From: Pseudomonadota bacterium
GTDB lineage: Bacteria; Pseudomonadota; Gammaproteobacteria; JAADHS01
Assembly: GCA_021821045.1 (NCBI GenBank)
Contig: JAKACW010000015.1
Span: forward strand, 4,713-68,712
Direction: 5' to 3'
DNA: 64,000 nucleotides
Shown here: one piece after another, positions 18,824-29,771 of the stretch
Layout of the letters: the number at the start of each line of letters is the position of its first letter
How positions within the stretch are numbered: position 1 is the first letter of the stretch
Notes under the pieces: model-generated
Database searches by the model: none
The model's input: the letters and a program-made list of their open reading frames with translations, nothing else
Told to the model about the DNA's origin: nothing
Position numbers and translations under genes: made by a program

Positions 18824-19023
18824 GGCTCTCTCTCCCGACCTCAAAATTCAGGCTATGTTGTTGTTTGGCGACAAGTCCGTCGCGTGATCACATGATCGAA
18901 GGCATTTTTACTTGAATTGCGCTTCAATGAAAGCGGCGTACTGGCAGAATTTAGCAACAGTAGACGTTGCAGTTCTCGATAAGGATAATAAGGGAAAACC
19001 GAGGGACTTCGAACGATCCGGCA

Positions 19024-20619
19024 ATGTATACGCGACACTTCGGCCTCAGCACCAATCCTTTCACCATCGCGCCCGATCCGCGTTTTCTCTATATGGGAAA
19101 GCACCATGAGGAAGCCCTCGCCCATTTGTTGTTTGGCGTGCGTGGCGCGGGCGGGTTCATTCAACTCACCGGAGAAGTCGGCACCGGCAAGACCACGCTG
19201 GTGCGGTCCTTGGTGGCCGATTTGCCGCGCGACATTGACGTCGCGCTGGTCTTGAATCCGCGACTGAATGCCAACGAGTTCGTTGCGGCGATTCTCGACG
19301 AACTCAACGTGCCGTACCCGCCCAACCGCGCCAGCACCAAATTGCTTACCGACCGGCTTAACCGCTATCTGCTGGACACCTTCGCCAAAGGGCGACGAGT
19401 GGTGCTGATCGTCGACGAAGCGCAAAACCTCCACCCCGACGTGCTGGAACAGATCCGCCTGCTGACCAATCTCGAAACAAATGAACAAAAGTTGCTGCAG
19501 ATCGTGCTGGTGGGTCAACCGGAATTGGCCAAAGTGCTCGGCCGCCATGATTTGCGGCAACTGGCGCAGCGCATCACCGCCCGCTACCACCTGACGCCAC
19601 TCACGGCCGGTGAGGTGCAGAACTACATCGATCACCGACTGGCCACGGCAGGCGCGGATAGAGCGCTGTTTTCAACGGCGGCGGTCAAGGAAATCTACAA
19701 GCAATCCCGCGGCATTCCGCGGCTGATTAACGTCATCTGCGATCGCGCCCTGCTCGGCGCCTACAGTGCGGAACGCCCGGTAGTGGACAAAGCCATCGCC
19801 CGCCAAGCCGCGCAGGAAGTCGCCGGACGCAAGAGCGCGTCGCGTAAATGGTTAAAGCACCTGATTTCGCCCGGCGCGGCGCTGGCCGGCATCTTCGCCA
19901 TCGGCGGCACCTGGGCGCTGACCAATCAAGCACCGCACCATCACGACGCCGCGGATTTGCCTGAGCATCACGAAAGCGCTGCGCAGACGCCCAGACCAGA
20001 CGCGGCGCCGATTAGCATCGAATCGAGTTTGTTCGTCGCGACCGAAGTCTACCGGCAATGGTTTGCCGCCTGGGGTATATCGGAACTGACATTGTCCGCC
20101 ACGGCGCCCTGCGACGAAGCGCGTCACCACGGACTGCGCTGCTTGGACGTGAGCGGAGATTTAAACACGCTGATCCAATTGGATCGCCCCGCCTTAGTCA
20201 AGCTCAAACAAGCCGGCAAAAATGCGCTTCCCATTGTCGTTTTGGGCGCCCATGCCGACACTTTCACCGTCACGGGCGGCGGCCGGCCCTTCACGCTGAC
20301 GCGGCAAGATCTGCAGCAGCGCTGGCCAAACGTGTTTACTGTGCTGTGGCAACCCCTCGCCGGCGATATTGAAGCGCTTCATCCGGGCGAACGTCATTTG
20401 GCCGTCAAGTGGCTGCGGCGCCAATTGGCCCCAAGCACGCCGATGAACGAGCTGTATGACGCAGCACTGGTCGAGAAAATTCTGGCGCTGCAAAAGAAAG
20501 CGGGGTTGACCGCCAACGGCGTGGTCACGCCCTTAACGGTGATTCATCTGCAGAATCAGCGCGAAGCGTCCATTTCACCACGGCTGTCGCGCCTCGGGCA
20601 GCACATCAACAAGGGTTAG
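19024..20619 (+). CDS. ExeA/GspA-like AAA ATPase with a C-terminal peptidoglycan-binding domain
   Basis: The N-terminus is MYTRHFGLSTNPF. The Walker A is GEVGTGKT and the Walker B is LIVDEAQ. The C-terminal PG-binding-like segment reads LQKKAGLTANGVVTPLT. Confidence 0.8.
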   Translation: MYTRHFGLSTNPFTIAPDPRFLYMGKHHEEALAHLLFGVRGAGGFIQLTGEVGTGKTTLVRSLVADLPRDIDVALVLNPRLNANEFVAAILDELNVPYPPNRASTKLLTDRLNRYLLDTFAKGRRVVLIVDEAQNLHPDVLEQIRLLTNLETNEQKLLQIVLVGQPELAKVLGRHDLRQLAQRITARYHLTPLTAGEVQNYIDHRLATAGADRALFSTAAVKEIYKQSRGIPRLINVICDRALLGAYSAERPVVDKAIARQAAQEVAGRKSASRKWLKHLISPGAALAGIFAIGGTWALTNQAPHHHDAADLPEHHESAAQTPRPDAAPISIESSLFVATEVYRQWFAAWGISELTLSATAPCDEARHHGLRCLDVSGDLNTLIQLDRPALVKLKQAGKNALPIVVLGAHADTFTVTGGGRPFTLTRQDLQQRWPNVFTVLWQPLAGDIEALHPGERHLAVKWLRRQLAPSTPMNELYDAALVEKILALQKKAGLTANGVVTPLTVIHLQNQREASISPRLSRLGQHINKG

Positions 20620-20621
20620 CC

Positions 20622-21233
20622 ATGTCGTATATTCTCGATGCCCTGAAAAAGTCCGAACTGGAGCGCCGCGGTCCCAGCGCGTCGGGACATGGTCCTGTGC
20701 GTTCGGTTGCGCCCACCGTCTCCGCGGCGCCGGCCGCGCCGGTGCGACGCGATTCGAGCAACCGCAATCTGGGGCGTTGGTACTGGATATTCGGCGGCGC
20801 GCTGTTGGTCAACGGTGGCATCACGCTGTACCACCACTACTCCGACCCGCGGCATCAAAACACGGTCACCAGTCCGACGAACAAACTCGCGGACCACGAG
20901 AAAGCGCGCCTCATTCCGACGGACCACGTCGCCAGGCAGACCGCCTTCGACAATGCCGCAACGGCCCCAACAGCGGTGAATGACGCCAGCGGCGAACCCG
21001 TCATCCCTCTGCTCAAGGACAAGCCCGCGACTTTTCGCCAGGCCGTACCGAAAATGAACGTCGATCTTCATGTCTACGCCGAGCGTCCGCGCGAACGTTT
21101 TGCATTGATCAACATGTCGAAATTCCGGGAAGGCGACGACATCGGCCGCGGCTTGGTGCTGGAGAGCATTACGCCTTCCGGGTTGGTCATTCGTCTCAAC
21201 GACGATCGCTTCCGTATCGATACGCGCTACTAG
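20622..21233 (+). CDS. GspB/ExeB-like protein
   Basis: The N-terminus MSYILDALKKSELERR is typical of GspB. The gene is 3 nt downstream of the ExeA-like gene. Confidence 0.6.
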   Translation: MSYILDALKKSELERRGPSASGHGPVRSVAPTVSAAPAAPVRRDSSNRNLGRWYWIFGGALLVNGGITLYHHYSDPRHQNTVTSPTNKLADHEKARLIPTDHVARQTAFDNAATAPTAVNDASGEPVIPLLKDKPATFRQAVPKMNVDLHVYAERPRERFALINMSKFREGDDIGRGLVLESITPSGLVIRLNDDRFRIDTRY

Positions 21234-21405
21234 CGGGCCGCGACCTCTCAACTATACAAGCCGAGTTGGACTGTCTATCATTTAAAAGCAACCCATCATG
21301 GGTGTAACTGCTTGTGATAGTTCCGAAACATGCACTGCCCGATCGCAGACGAGAAGGCGCCGTGCGTGACAGCCTAGCCGAAATTACAGATAGTGAAGAT
21401 GGCTT

Positions 21406-21990
21406 ATGACGGACAACATAACTACGCTCGACCAAGACCGTAGAACCTACTATCGCATCGATGACGATGTGTACCTCGAGTATCTCGTCCTGGGCGAGAC
21501 GGACATCGAGGAAGCCATCAAAGAGTTCAAGGGCCAGAGCCCCGAGCATTTCAACCCGCTCAATCAACTGCAAGCGATCTCGGTAAGAAATCGCGGGCTT
21601 CTGGAAAACATTCGCAACAAGCATCCGGAGATCGGCGAGTTCCTCGTCGGTCTGGAGGAACAAATTCAGCTTCTCGCCCACGCCATCGCCCAAGACCAAG
21701 TGGGCGTGCCCATCGTGCCCAATGAAAGCGTGAACATCAGTGCGGGCGGCATTTCCTTTTGCAGCGAACAATCCCTCAATTCCGGGACCATGGTCGAGTT
21801 TTCGATCATCATCGTGCCGGCATATCTGCACATTTCCGCCCTCGGCGCCGTCGTGTACTGCCGCCGCGACGACCAGACGACCCCTGCGTATCCATACCGA
21901 ATCGGGGTCGAGTTTTCCCATATTCACGACGCCGATCGGGATGCGTTGATGCGCCACGTCAGCGCGAAACGCGACGCCGCGGTGAGCTGA
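21406..21990 (+). CDS. PilZ domain protein
   Basis: It has an RxxxR motif (RRTYYRI) and a D/N-x-S-x-G-G motif (NISAGGISF). Confidence 0.75.
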   Translation: MTDNITTLDQDRRTYYRIDDDVYLEYLVLGETDIEEAIKEFKGQSPEHFNPLNQLQAISVRNRGLLENIRNKHPEIGEFLVGLEEQIQLLAHAIAQDQVGVPIVPNESVNISAGGISFCSEQSLNSGTMVEFSIIIVPAYLHISALGAVVYCRRDDQTTPAYPYRIGVEFSHIHDADRDALMRHVSAKRDAAVS

Positions 21991-22074
21991 AGCGTCTTGA
22001 CGCGTCGCCTAAAACCACCAAGGCGGGTATATCGAAACCTACACGTGCGAAGCAGACGACATTGCGCCCATTTG

Positions 22075-22103
22075 TTGCCGGCACCGCGATGTTCCTTTAC
22101 AAT
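22075..22103 (+). promoter_or_regulatory. Candidate sigma70 promoter (TTGCCG-17-TACAAT)
   Basis: It has a near-consensus -10 element with a 17-nt spacer, about 85 nt upstream of the 22192 ORF. Confidence 0.3.
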
Positions 22104-22191
22104 CCTGACTAATTTCTGGCTGGGTCGACCCATTCCTCGATGCGCTTTTGGGCAAGCGCGATTTCTTTGCCCAACGTAAACTGGAACCGCC

Positions 22192-22482
22192 GTGGACTTT
22201 CAAAAGATTCAATACAGCACCAAGCGCAGCCGGCCCGCTCTTGATCCCACGACCCGGCGCAAGCTCCTGTTCTCGCTTTCTCAGCCAACCAATCCGGTAT
22301 CGGGCGCCTTGCTGGCGCACATCGAGAATCAAGCAACGCCGGCGGCGATTCACACTTGGGAGAACAACGGTTGGATTCGTCGCGAAGGCCCTAACTTTTA
22401 CCTCACTGAAACCGGCAGCGCGGTCCTGCGCACGGCCAGCCCGCCGCCCCCGGACAGCTATTATCCAATCGAGTTTCGATAG
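22192..22482 (+). CDS. Hypothetical small protein, possibly a winged-helix type
   Basis: It has a GTG start. The segment NNGWIRREGPNFYLTETG resembles the wing of MarR/PadR-like HTH proteins. This is a weak call. Confidence 0.35.
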   Translation: MDFQKIQYSTKRSRPALDPTTRRKLLFSLSQPTNPVSGALLAHIENQATPAAIHTWENNGWIRREGPNFYLTETGSAVLRTASPPPPDSYYPIEFR

Positions 22483-22490
22483 TCACCGGA

Positions 22491-23312
22491 TTGGTTGCAA
22501 CAGAGCGCTCGAGCGAACCTCCTTTCGTGCTGCTTCTTCCCTCAACCCTCGACAACATCGTTGCATTCGTAAAAACGAGCGCCAAGGCCAAGCGACCGCG
22601 TCTCGAGATTTGCCCGTACGGCACAGTCACGCTCATCGCACCGCGCCGTTTCAGCGCGCGCCATTGGCAGGGCTTTTTGCGCGACAATACGGGGTGGATT
22701 ACGCAGACCCTGGAAAGGATCGATCACCATCGGCGCCAAGCGCCGCAGCTCCACACCATCCAACCGGGAGTGATTCATTTGCCTGCGGTTGGCGCGACTT
22801 GGCATATCGACTATTCGAACCAGCAACGGCGAGGCGCGATCGAATCGCAAATCGAAGGCGGCCAGCGGCTGACCGTTCGCGCCGGTGACAATCACGAACA
22901 CTTAAAGCACCTGAACGCGTGGGTTCGCGCGCGCGCCCATGCGGTCTTACCGACACGACTTCGTGAAATAAGCGAACAAACGGAGTTGCGCTTCAGCCGC
23001 ATCAACATCCGGGCCCAAAAAACCCGCTGGGGCAGTTGTACCCGCAGCGGGACGATTAGCCTAAACCAGAATTTGTTGTTTCTCTCCCCGGAGCTTGCCG
23101 ATTACCTCATGATCCATGAGCTATGCCACACGGTCCACATGAGCCACTCCGCGCGCTACTGGACGTTGGTAAAACGTTTTTCGCCCGACTACCGGCTGCA
23201 CGAATCCCGGCTGCGCCACGCCGCCAACCAAGTTCCGCTATGGGCCGCCGGTGCGCGGCAGCGGACGGCGCAGCCGGGAGACACGGTGATTCGGCTTACG
23301 ATGCCGATTTGA
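22491..23312 (+). CDS. YgjP/DUF45-type (M48-like) zinc metallohydrolase
   Basis: It has an HExxH motif in the YgjP context (LMIHELCHTVHMSHSARYW). Confidence 0.75.
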   Translation: MVATERSSEPPFVLLLPSTLDNIVAFVKTSAKAKRPRLEICPYGTVTLIAPRRFSARHWQGFLRDNTGWITQTLERIDHHRRQAPQLHTIQPGVIHLPAVGATWHIDYSNQQRRGAIESQIEGGQRLTVRAGDNHEHLKHLNAWVRARAHAVLPTRLREISEQTELRFSRINIRAQKTRWGSCTRSGTISLNQNLLFLSPELADYLMIHELCHTVHMSHSARYWTLVKRFSPDYRLHESRLRHAANQVPLWAAGARQRTAQPGDTVIRLTMPI

Positions 23313-23538
23313 GCATTTGAAACAATTCGTCCTTTAACAACACGCGCTTTTTCTTTAGCTCTTCGGTGTAGGCATCCGATGGCGTCTCGATGTCCTGTTC
23401 GATACGTCGGATTTCATGGTCAATGTCGTTGTACTGATCGAACAGCTGGGCAAAATGCGCGTTCTTCGTCTTCAGATCGTGAATCTTATCTTTAAACTGG
23501 GGAAATTCGTGAACCAAATCGTGGTGTTCGCCAAACAT
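23296..23538 (-). CDS. YdcH/DUF465 family protein
   Basis: MFGEHHDLVHEFPQFKDKIHDLKTKNAHFAQLFDQYNDIDHEIRRIEQ matches the YdcH pattern. The start was set to the ATG at 23538 behind AGGAG. Confidence 0.75.
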   Translation of the reverse strand: MFGEHHDLVHEFPQFKDKIHDLKTKNAHFAQLFDQYNDIDHEIRRIEQDIETPSDAYTEELKKKRVLLKDELFQMLKSAS

Positions 23539-23591
23539 AACGCGCTTCTCCTGCAATAAATTTGATTTCATTCTAACATTGCGAAACGAAA

Positions 23592-24584
23592 ATGCCGCTC
23601 CACGAGAATCAGACAATCGGGCGTTACGCGCCCAGCCCAACGGGATACCTGCATCTGGGCAACCTGCGCACCGCATTGCTGGCGTGGCTGCAGGTCCGCT
23701 TGGCGTCGGGGCGATTCATATTGCGCATGGAGGATCTCGATACGCCGCGGGTGCGCCCCGAGTCTGAAGCGTCGATTCTTGCCGACCTGCATTGGCTCGG
23801 CTTGGACTGGGATGAAGGCCCCGATTGCGGCGGCCCGCAAAGCCCCTACAACCAATCGCGGCGCGCGGAAATCTATGACTATTATCTACAGCGGCTGCGG
23901 GAAGCGGGCCGGGCCTTTCCGTGCTTTTGTTCCCGCAAGGACGTGCTCCTCGCTTCGAGCGCACCCCATGGCCCGGATGGTCCGCTGTATCCTGGGACAT
24001 GTCGCAACCACTTGGGTCTTGCGGTGATGCCGGCCCGCGGCCGGGACGAACGCCGTCCGGCCTGGCGTTTTTTGGTCAACGATCGTGATGTATCCTTTAC
24101 CGATCAATTGCTTGGTCCGCAATCGCAAAACCTTGCCCGAGACGTTGGCGATTTCGTCATTCGCCGGGCCGACGATTTGTTCGCCTACCAATTGGCGGTG
24201 GTGGTCGACGACGCACTGATGGGCGTCACGGACGTGGTGCGCGGCAGCGACTTGCTGGCCTCGACAGCGCGTCAAATCGTTCTGTTTGACGCATTGGGTT
24301 TCGCGGCGCCTACGTATTGGCACGTGCCCTTAATGTGCGATGCTAGCGGGGCGCGCATGGCCAAGCGGGACGGGACGTTTTCGGTGGCCCAATTGCGCGC
24401 CCAAGGCCAGACTGCCCCACAAATCATTGGCGGCTTGGCCCATAGCGTCGGCCTAATCGATCGCAACGAACCGCTGACGTGCCGCGACCTGCTGGACGGG
24501 TTGACGCTGCCGGAATTCACTGCTCGCCTTAAGAACCGTACCAAAGGGGGATCGCATGAAAGCTCTGGTAAAGAGTCGCGCTGA
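23592..24584 (+). CDS. gluQ: Glutamyl-Q tRNA(Asp) synthetase
   Basis: It has [15 protein letters not shown] (class I aaRS HIGH region) and a truncated GluRS catalytic domain only. Confidence 0.85.
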   Translation: MPLHENQTIGRYAPSPTGYLHLGNLRTALLAWLQVRLASGRFILRMEDLDTPRVRPESEASILADLHWLGLDWDEGPDCGGPQSPYNQSRRAEIYDYYLQRLREAGRAFPCFCSRKDVLLASSAPHGPDGPLYPGTCRNHLGLAVMPARGRDERRPAWRFLVNDRDVSFTDQLLGPQSQNLARDVGDFVIRRADDLFAYQLAVVVDDALMGVTDVVRGSDLLASTARQIVLFDALGFAAPTYWHVPLMCDASGARMAKRDGTFSVAQLRAQGQTAPQIIGGLAHSVGLIDRNEPLTCRDLLDGLTLPEFTARLKNRTKGGSHESSGKESR

Positions 24585-25578
24585 ACGGGGCTTGTGGCTC
24601 GAGGACGTTCCCGAACCGACCTTCGGCACCAACGACGTCCTCGTCAAAGTACAACTCACCGGGATATGCGGCACCGACCTGCACATCTACAACTGGGACG
24701 GCTGGGCGCAGCGCAACATTCACGTGCCGCGGGTGCTGGGCCATGAATTCGTCGGCGAAATCGTCGGCAAAGGCGACGGCGTGTACGGCTTTCACATTGG
24801 ACAGCGCGTGACGGCCGAGGGACACGTCACCTGCGGCATTTGCCGCAATTGTCGCGCCGGCAAGCGTCACCTGTGCCACGAGACCATCGGCATCGGCGGC
24901 GGACGCGACGGCGCTTTCGCCGAATATGTCGCGGTTCCCGCGGCGAACATCTGGCCGGTGCATGACGAGATTTCGTCGGAGATCGCGTCTATTCTGGATC
25001 CCTTCGGCAATGCGGTTCACACGGCGTTGTCGTTCGATTTGGTTGGCGAGGATGTATTAGTCACCGGCGCCGGCCCCATCGGCATCATGGCCGCGGCGGT
25101 ATGTCGTCACGTGGGCGCGCGCAATGTGGTCGTCACCGACGTCAACGACTACCGGCTCGATCTGGCCAAGAAGCTCGGCGCGACCCGCTGCGTCAACGTT
25201 TCCCGCGAATCCGTGAAAGACGTCCTTGGCGAGCTGAAGATCCAAAACGGCTTCGACGTGGGGCTGGAGATGTCCGGCAATCCGCAAGCGTTCAATACCA
25301 TGATCGACACCATGTACAACGGCGGCAAGATCGCGTTGCTCGGATTTTTGCCGCCGACGACGCAAATCAATTGGGATGAAATCATTTTCAAAGGATTGCG
25401 GCTCAAAGGCGTCTACGGTCGCGAGGTGTTCGAAACCTGGTACAAAATGACCCAACTGCTGCGCGGCGGGTTGGATATCAACCCCATTATCACGCACCGC
25501 TTTCCCATGGAGGAGTTTGAACAGGGCTTTGCGGCGATGAATTCGGGGCAGTCTGGTAAAGTGATTCTGGATTGGTAA
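24556..25578 (+). CDS. tdh: L-threonine 3-dehydrogenase
   Basis: It is a zinc ADH-family protein ([16 protein letters not shown]) with strong Tdh similarity along its length. Confidence 0.9.
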   Translation: MKALVKSRAERGLWLEDVPEPTFGTNDVLVKVQLTGICGTDLHIYNWDGWAQRNIHVPRVLGHEFVGEIVGKGDGVYGFHIGQRVTAEGHVTCGICRNCRAGKRHLCHETIGIGGGRDGAFAEYVAVPAANIWPVHDEISSEIASILDPFGNAVHTALSFDLVGEDVLVTGAGPIGIMAAAVCRHVGARNVVVTDVNDYRLDLAKKLGATRCVNVSRESVKDVLGELKIQNGFDVGLEMSGNPQAFNTMIDTMYNGGKIALLGFLPPTTQINWDEIIFKGLRLKGVYGREVFETWYKMTQLLRGGLDINPIITHRFPMEEFEQGFAAMNSGQSGKVILDW

Positions 25579-25655
25579 GTCGGCCCAAGTCACTGACGTG
25601 GCAGCGGTTTCCGATGCACACGGACGTGCAAGTGTCGCGAGAGGGCAGGATGCCC

Positions 25656-25709
25656 GGAGCGACTACCGCGATTCTTCGCCAAGTCAATCGCGGAATGATC
25701 CGCTCCCAC
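25656..25709. repeat. REP composite element
   Basis: The sequence ggagcgactaccgcgattcttcgccaagtcaatcgcggaatgatccgctcccac duplicates the 4925-4971 composite. Confidence 0.55.
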
Positions 25710-25729
25710 GAAAACAAAAGAGAACCGCA

Positions 25730-26919
<1,190 letters not shown>

Positions 26920-26929
<10 letters not shown>

Positions 26930-26978
26930 GAAACCGCTCCCACGCTTCACCAGCATGGGAAGCGGATTATTCCGCGAT
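26920..26978. repeat. REP pair overlapping the kbl 3' end
   Basis: The units are atcgcggtaggaaaccgctcccac (26920-26943) and gggaagcggattattccgcgat (26957-26978). Confidence 0.6.
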
Positions 26979-27494
26979 TGCCCCGGCCGCCGTTACAAGC
27001 CGCCGGAACGAAGCGGCCACTTCCGGTTCGTCGTCCAATTGACGCGCCTGGGCATAGGCCAGTAGATTCGCTTGGGAGACGCTCCGTCGATCCGCCGACG
27101 TGGACGATGCCGACGCGTGACGTTTCGCGTCGAACACCCGAATGAGGATCTTTTGTTCGCCGACTTCCGCGGCGATTTCAGCGTTCAATACGCCGCGTCG
27201 AATCTCGTCACGCTCATCGGGCGCAATCCAAGGCGTATCGACTGTCTTGATCTGTCTGCGGGCACGTCGAATTGGCAGCACCACCGTTTCATGCCATTGC
27301 TCCAGCGCGCTCATGACTTCTTCAAAAAATGCCGTTACCAGTACGTCGCGGCCCTGCCGTCCGTGCCACAAACAGAACAGCAGAACGTTGACATTCAAGC
27401 CGTAGCGGTCTTGGAGGAACAGGCATTCGCGCTCGATTTCAGCCAGCCGGTATAATTCTCGGGACATGTTAAAAAACGCAGTTTCAATCACCAT
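26967..27494 (-). CDS. TIGR02444/DUF2390-like conserved hypothetical protein
   Basis: The segment ECLFLQDRYGLNVNVLLFCLWHG resembles the DUF2390 signature. This is recalled from memory and not verified. Confidence 0.45.
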   Translation of the reverse strand: MVIETAFFNMSRELYRLAEIERECLFLQDRYGLNVNVLLFCLWHGRQGRDVLVTAFFEEVMSALEQWHETVVLPIRRARRQIKTVDTPWIAPDERDEIRRGVLNAEIAAEVGEQKILIRVFDAKRHASASSTSADRRSVSQANLLAYAQARQLDDEPEVAASFRRLVTAAGAIAE

Positions 27495-27996
27495 CGATCA
27501 AGCCTCGTCAGCGTCACATAGCGTTTGCGGCAATCACCTTCAGCGCTTGTCGGCCATTTTAGGCGAATACGGACTCACCGTCGTGCAGGTTGCGGAAGGT
27601 GATCAGATTCCGGGAAGCTACTGGGGTGAAGCCGAGGCCGGCCTGCGCGGAGACTGCCTTTTCATCAGGGCCGACACGCCCCTGCACTCGGCGCTGCATG
27701 AAGCTTGTCACTATCTGTGCATGGACGGTGCGCGCCGAGCGGCACTCGATACCGACGCAGGCGGAGAATACATCGAGGAGTCCGCGGTGTGTTACTTGCA
27801 GATCCTGCTGGCCGACCGATTCGACGGCGTGACTCGACACAGTCTGTGCAGGGACATGGATGACTGGGGTTATTCCTTTCGATTGGGGTCGACCGCGTGC
27901 TGGTTCAATGAGGATGCCGAGGATGCCCGGGCGTGGCTGATCGAACACGGTCTTGTCGACCCGGAAATGAAACCCACGGGGCGCTTGAGAGCGTAG
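27466..27996 (+). CDS. Hypothetical protein (Cys/His-containing)
   Basis: This is an ORF with coding-like composition. Its 5' end overlaps the divergent upstream gene, so the real start is probably further downstream. Confidence 0.35.
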   Translation: MLKNAVSITIDQASSASHSVCGNHLQRLSAILGEYGLTVVQVAEGDQIPGSYWGEAEAGLRGDCLFIRADTPLHSALHEACHYLCMDGARRAALDTDAGGEYIEESAVCYLQILLADRFDGVTRHSLCRDMDDWGYSFRLGSTACWFNEDAEDARAWLIEHGLVDPEMKPTGRLRA

Positions 27997-28056
27997 CCGG
28001 CAACCGCAAGATCAAGTACCGTATAACGAATCGACTCGACATTTGAGGTTTAAACA

Positions 28057-28464
28057 ATGTACCGATCACTCTTGGGCATCATCGTCGGCGGCCTCTTGCT
28101 GATTGCGGGATGCGCGCCAAAACCGGCTATGGTCGCGGCACCCCTGGGCTCCCACGACGCGCTGCAAAGTCTCGCCACGGCGTTTGAACAGCAGTCGGAG
28201 CGGCTAACGCAGAGCCCAAACGCCCAGGTCCCCGAAGACCGCAAAATGTTCGTCGAAACCGTGTTCCAATCGGCCGGCTACGACTACAGCACGACATTGC
28301 GCTCCCTCAATCCAAGCGTCTTCGATCGGGCCGATCAACTGCACCGCGATCTCGCCGAACTGCTGGTCTATCCGGTTAAAGGCTATGCCGTTGAAGAAGC
28401 GGCGAAAATTTACTCGGCCGAAGACCTCGAGCACATCAAACAAATCCAGACCTGGCTGCGCTGA
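28057..28464 (+). CDS. Hypothetical lipoprotein
   Basis: It has a signal peptide with a lipobox (LLLIAGC). Confidence 0.6.
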   Translation: MYRSLLGIIVGGLLLIAGCAPKPAMVAAPLGSHDALQSLATAFEQQSERLTQSPNAQVPEDRKMFVETVFQSAGYDYSTTLRSLNPSVFDRADQLHRDLAELLVYPVKGYAVEEAAKIYSAEDLEHIKQIQTWLR

Positions 28465-28508
28465 GCGGTCGACCGCATCATGGCCTGCAATGCGGTCGGT
28501 AGCATTTC

Positions 28509-29198
28509 ATGGATTTGTCCCTAATCGCCGTCGCCGCCGTCGCCGCCGTGGCGAGCGGCACGCTGTGCCTTGCCGGCGGGGCGCGAAGCTTCGTCGGCAA
28601 TAGGCGCTGGCGGGCGCTGGTTCTCCTGATCATCGGCACCCTCGCCGCCGGGGCGGGCGCGATTCTTGGCGTCTTGGCATTGAGTTTCAACGCCTACCGC
28701 CATCTGTCGGCGGAAACCCATCTGGTCGAACTGGCCATCGAGCAACAAGCACCGCAACGCTTCACGGTCCGACTGATTTCCCGCGATGAGCCGTCGCGTA
28801 GTTTCACCATTGCCGGCGACGAATGGCTGATCGAAGCGCGAATACTGAAATGGCGACCCTGGGCGACCGCGCTAGGCTTTCCGGCCCTAATCCGCTTGGA
28901 ACGGTTGGGCGGTCGCTACGTCGACATTGAACATGAAATCGCCCGCGAGCGGACAGTGCATTCGCTGATCGTGGAGAAATCCCCGGACGTCTGGCAGTGG
29001 GCCACGCGGGCGCCAACGTGGCTGCCGGGGCTCGACACCGTTTACGGAACGGGCACCTATCTCCCCCTGGCCCACGGCGCGCGCTATACGGTGCTCGTAA
29101 CCCCAAGCGGCCTCATGGCGCGCGCGGCCAACTCACGGGCTGAACAGGCGGTACTGCTCTGGCGTCGAACGAATGGGTCGCCGGCGGCTACGTTTTAG
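28509..29198 (+). CDS. Hypothetical membrane protein with two N-terminal TM helices
   Basis: There are two hydrophobic helices in the first 60 aa followed by a soluble domain. Confidence 0.5.
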   Translation: MDLSLIAVAAVAAVASGTLCLAGGARSFVGNRRWRALVLLIIGTLAAGAGAILGVLALSFNAYRHLSAETHLVELAIEQQAPQRFTVRLISRDEPSRSFTIAGDEWLIEARILKWRPWATALGFPALIRLERLGGRYVDIEHEIARERTVHSLIVEKSPDVWQWATRAPTWLPGLDTVYGTGTYLPLAHGARYTVLVTPSGLMARAANSRAEQAVLLWRRTNGSPAATF

Positions 29199-29508
29199 CG
29201 CCGCCGCCCCGGCACAGTGGCGAATCCGGCGCGGAGCTCTGGCGCTCGCCCCATTCTTCCGGCGTGTACGTGTGCAAGGCTAGGGCATGCACCCCCGACT
29301 GCATTTCTTGGGTGAGCGACTGGTACACCATGCGGTGGCGGGCCACCAAGCCTTTGCCGGCAAACGCGTTCGACACAATTACCACTTTGAAGTGGGTCTC
29401 GGAGTCCTTGGGCACACTATGCATATGGCTTTCATTAACCACCTCCAGCGCCTGGGGGGCAAACGCCGTCGCGAGGGACTGCTCAATCCGGGTCTTGATG
29501 TTCATCAC
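29188..29508 (-). CDS. BolA-family protein (IbaG/YrbA-like)
   Basis: MMNIKTRIEQSL...THFKVVIVSNAFAGKGLVARHRMVYQSL...VHALALHTYTPEEW matches BolA. Confidence 0.8.
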   Translation of the reverse strand: MMNIKTRIEQSLATAFAPQALEVVNESHMHSVPKDSETHFKVVIVSNAFAGKGLVARHRMVYQSLTQEMQSGVHALALHTYTPEEWGERQSSAPDSPLCRGGGAKT

Positions 29509-29771
29509 CCTAGTACCTCATTCATGGATATAACATTACTGGTTTGATGCTTTTTTGCCGTCGGCTCATTTGCGTATAATGATGCGTCGTTTTTCCCAGG
29601 GTGTCACGGATATACCCAGTCGAGACTTGGTGTCGACTCGCGAGCAGCGTCCGAGAAACGAGACGAAAAAGCAGAACGGCGTACTTTAATAAACAAAAAC
29701 ATCGCGTTCTCCGATAACAAGTACGATTTCGAGGGCATTCCCTCGATCCAAGCAAGCGAACACGTGCATCC

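Noticed and set aside
18853-19635. A 260-aa minus-strand ORF
   Set aside because: It is antisense to the well-supported ExeA-like AAA ATPase gene.
22148-22888. A 246-aa ORF overlapping the YgjP-like gene in another frame
   Set aside because: The YgjP/DUF45 frame (22491-23312) carries the conserved HExxH motif. The 246-aa frame is Arg/Pro-rich with no motifs.
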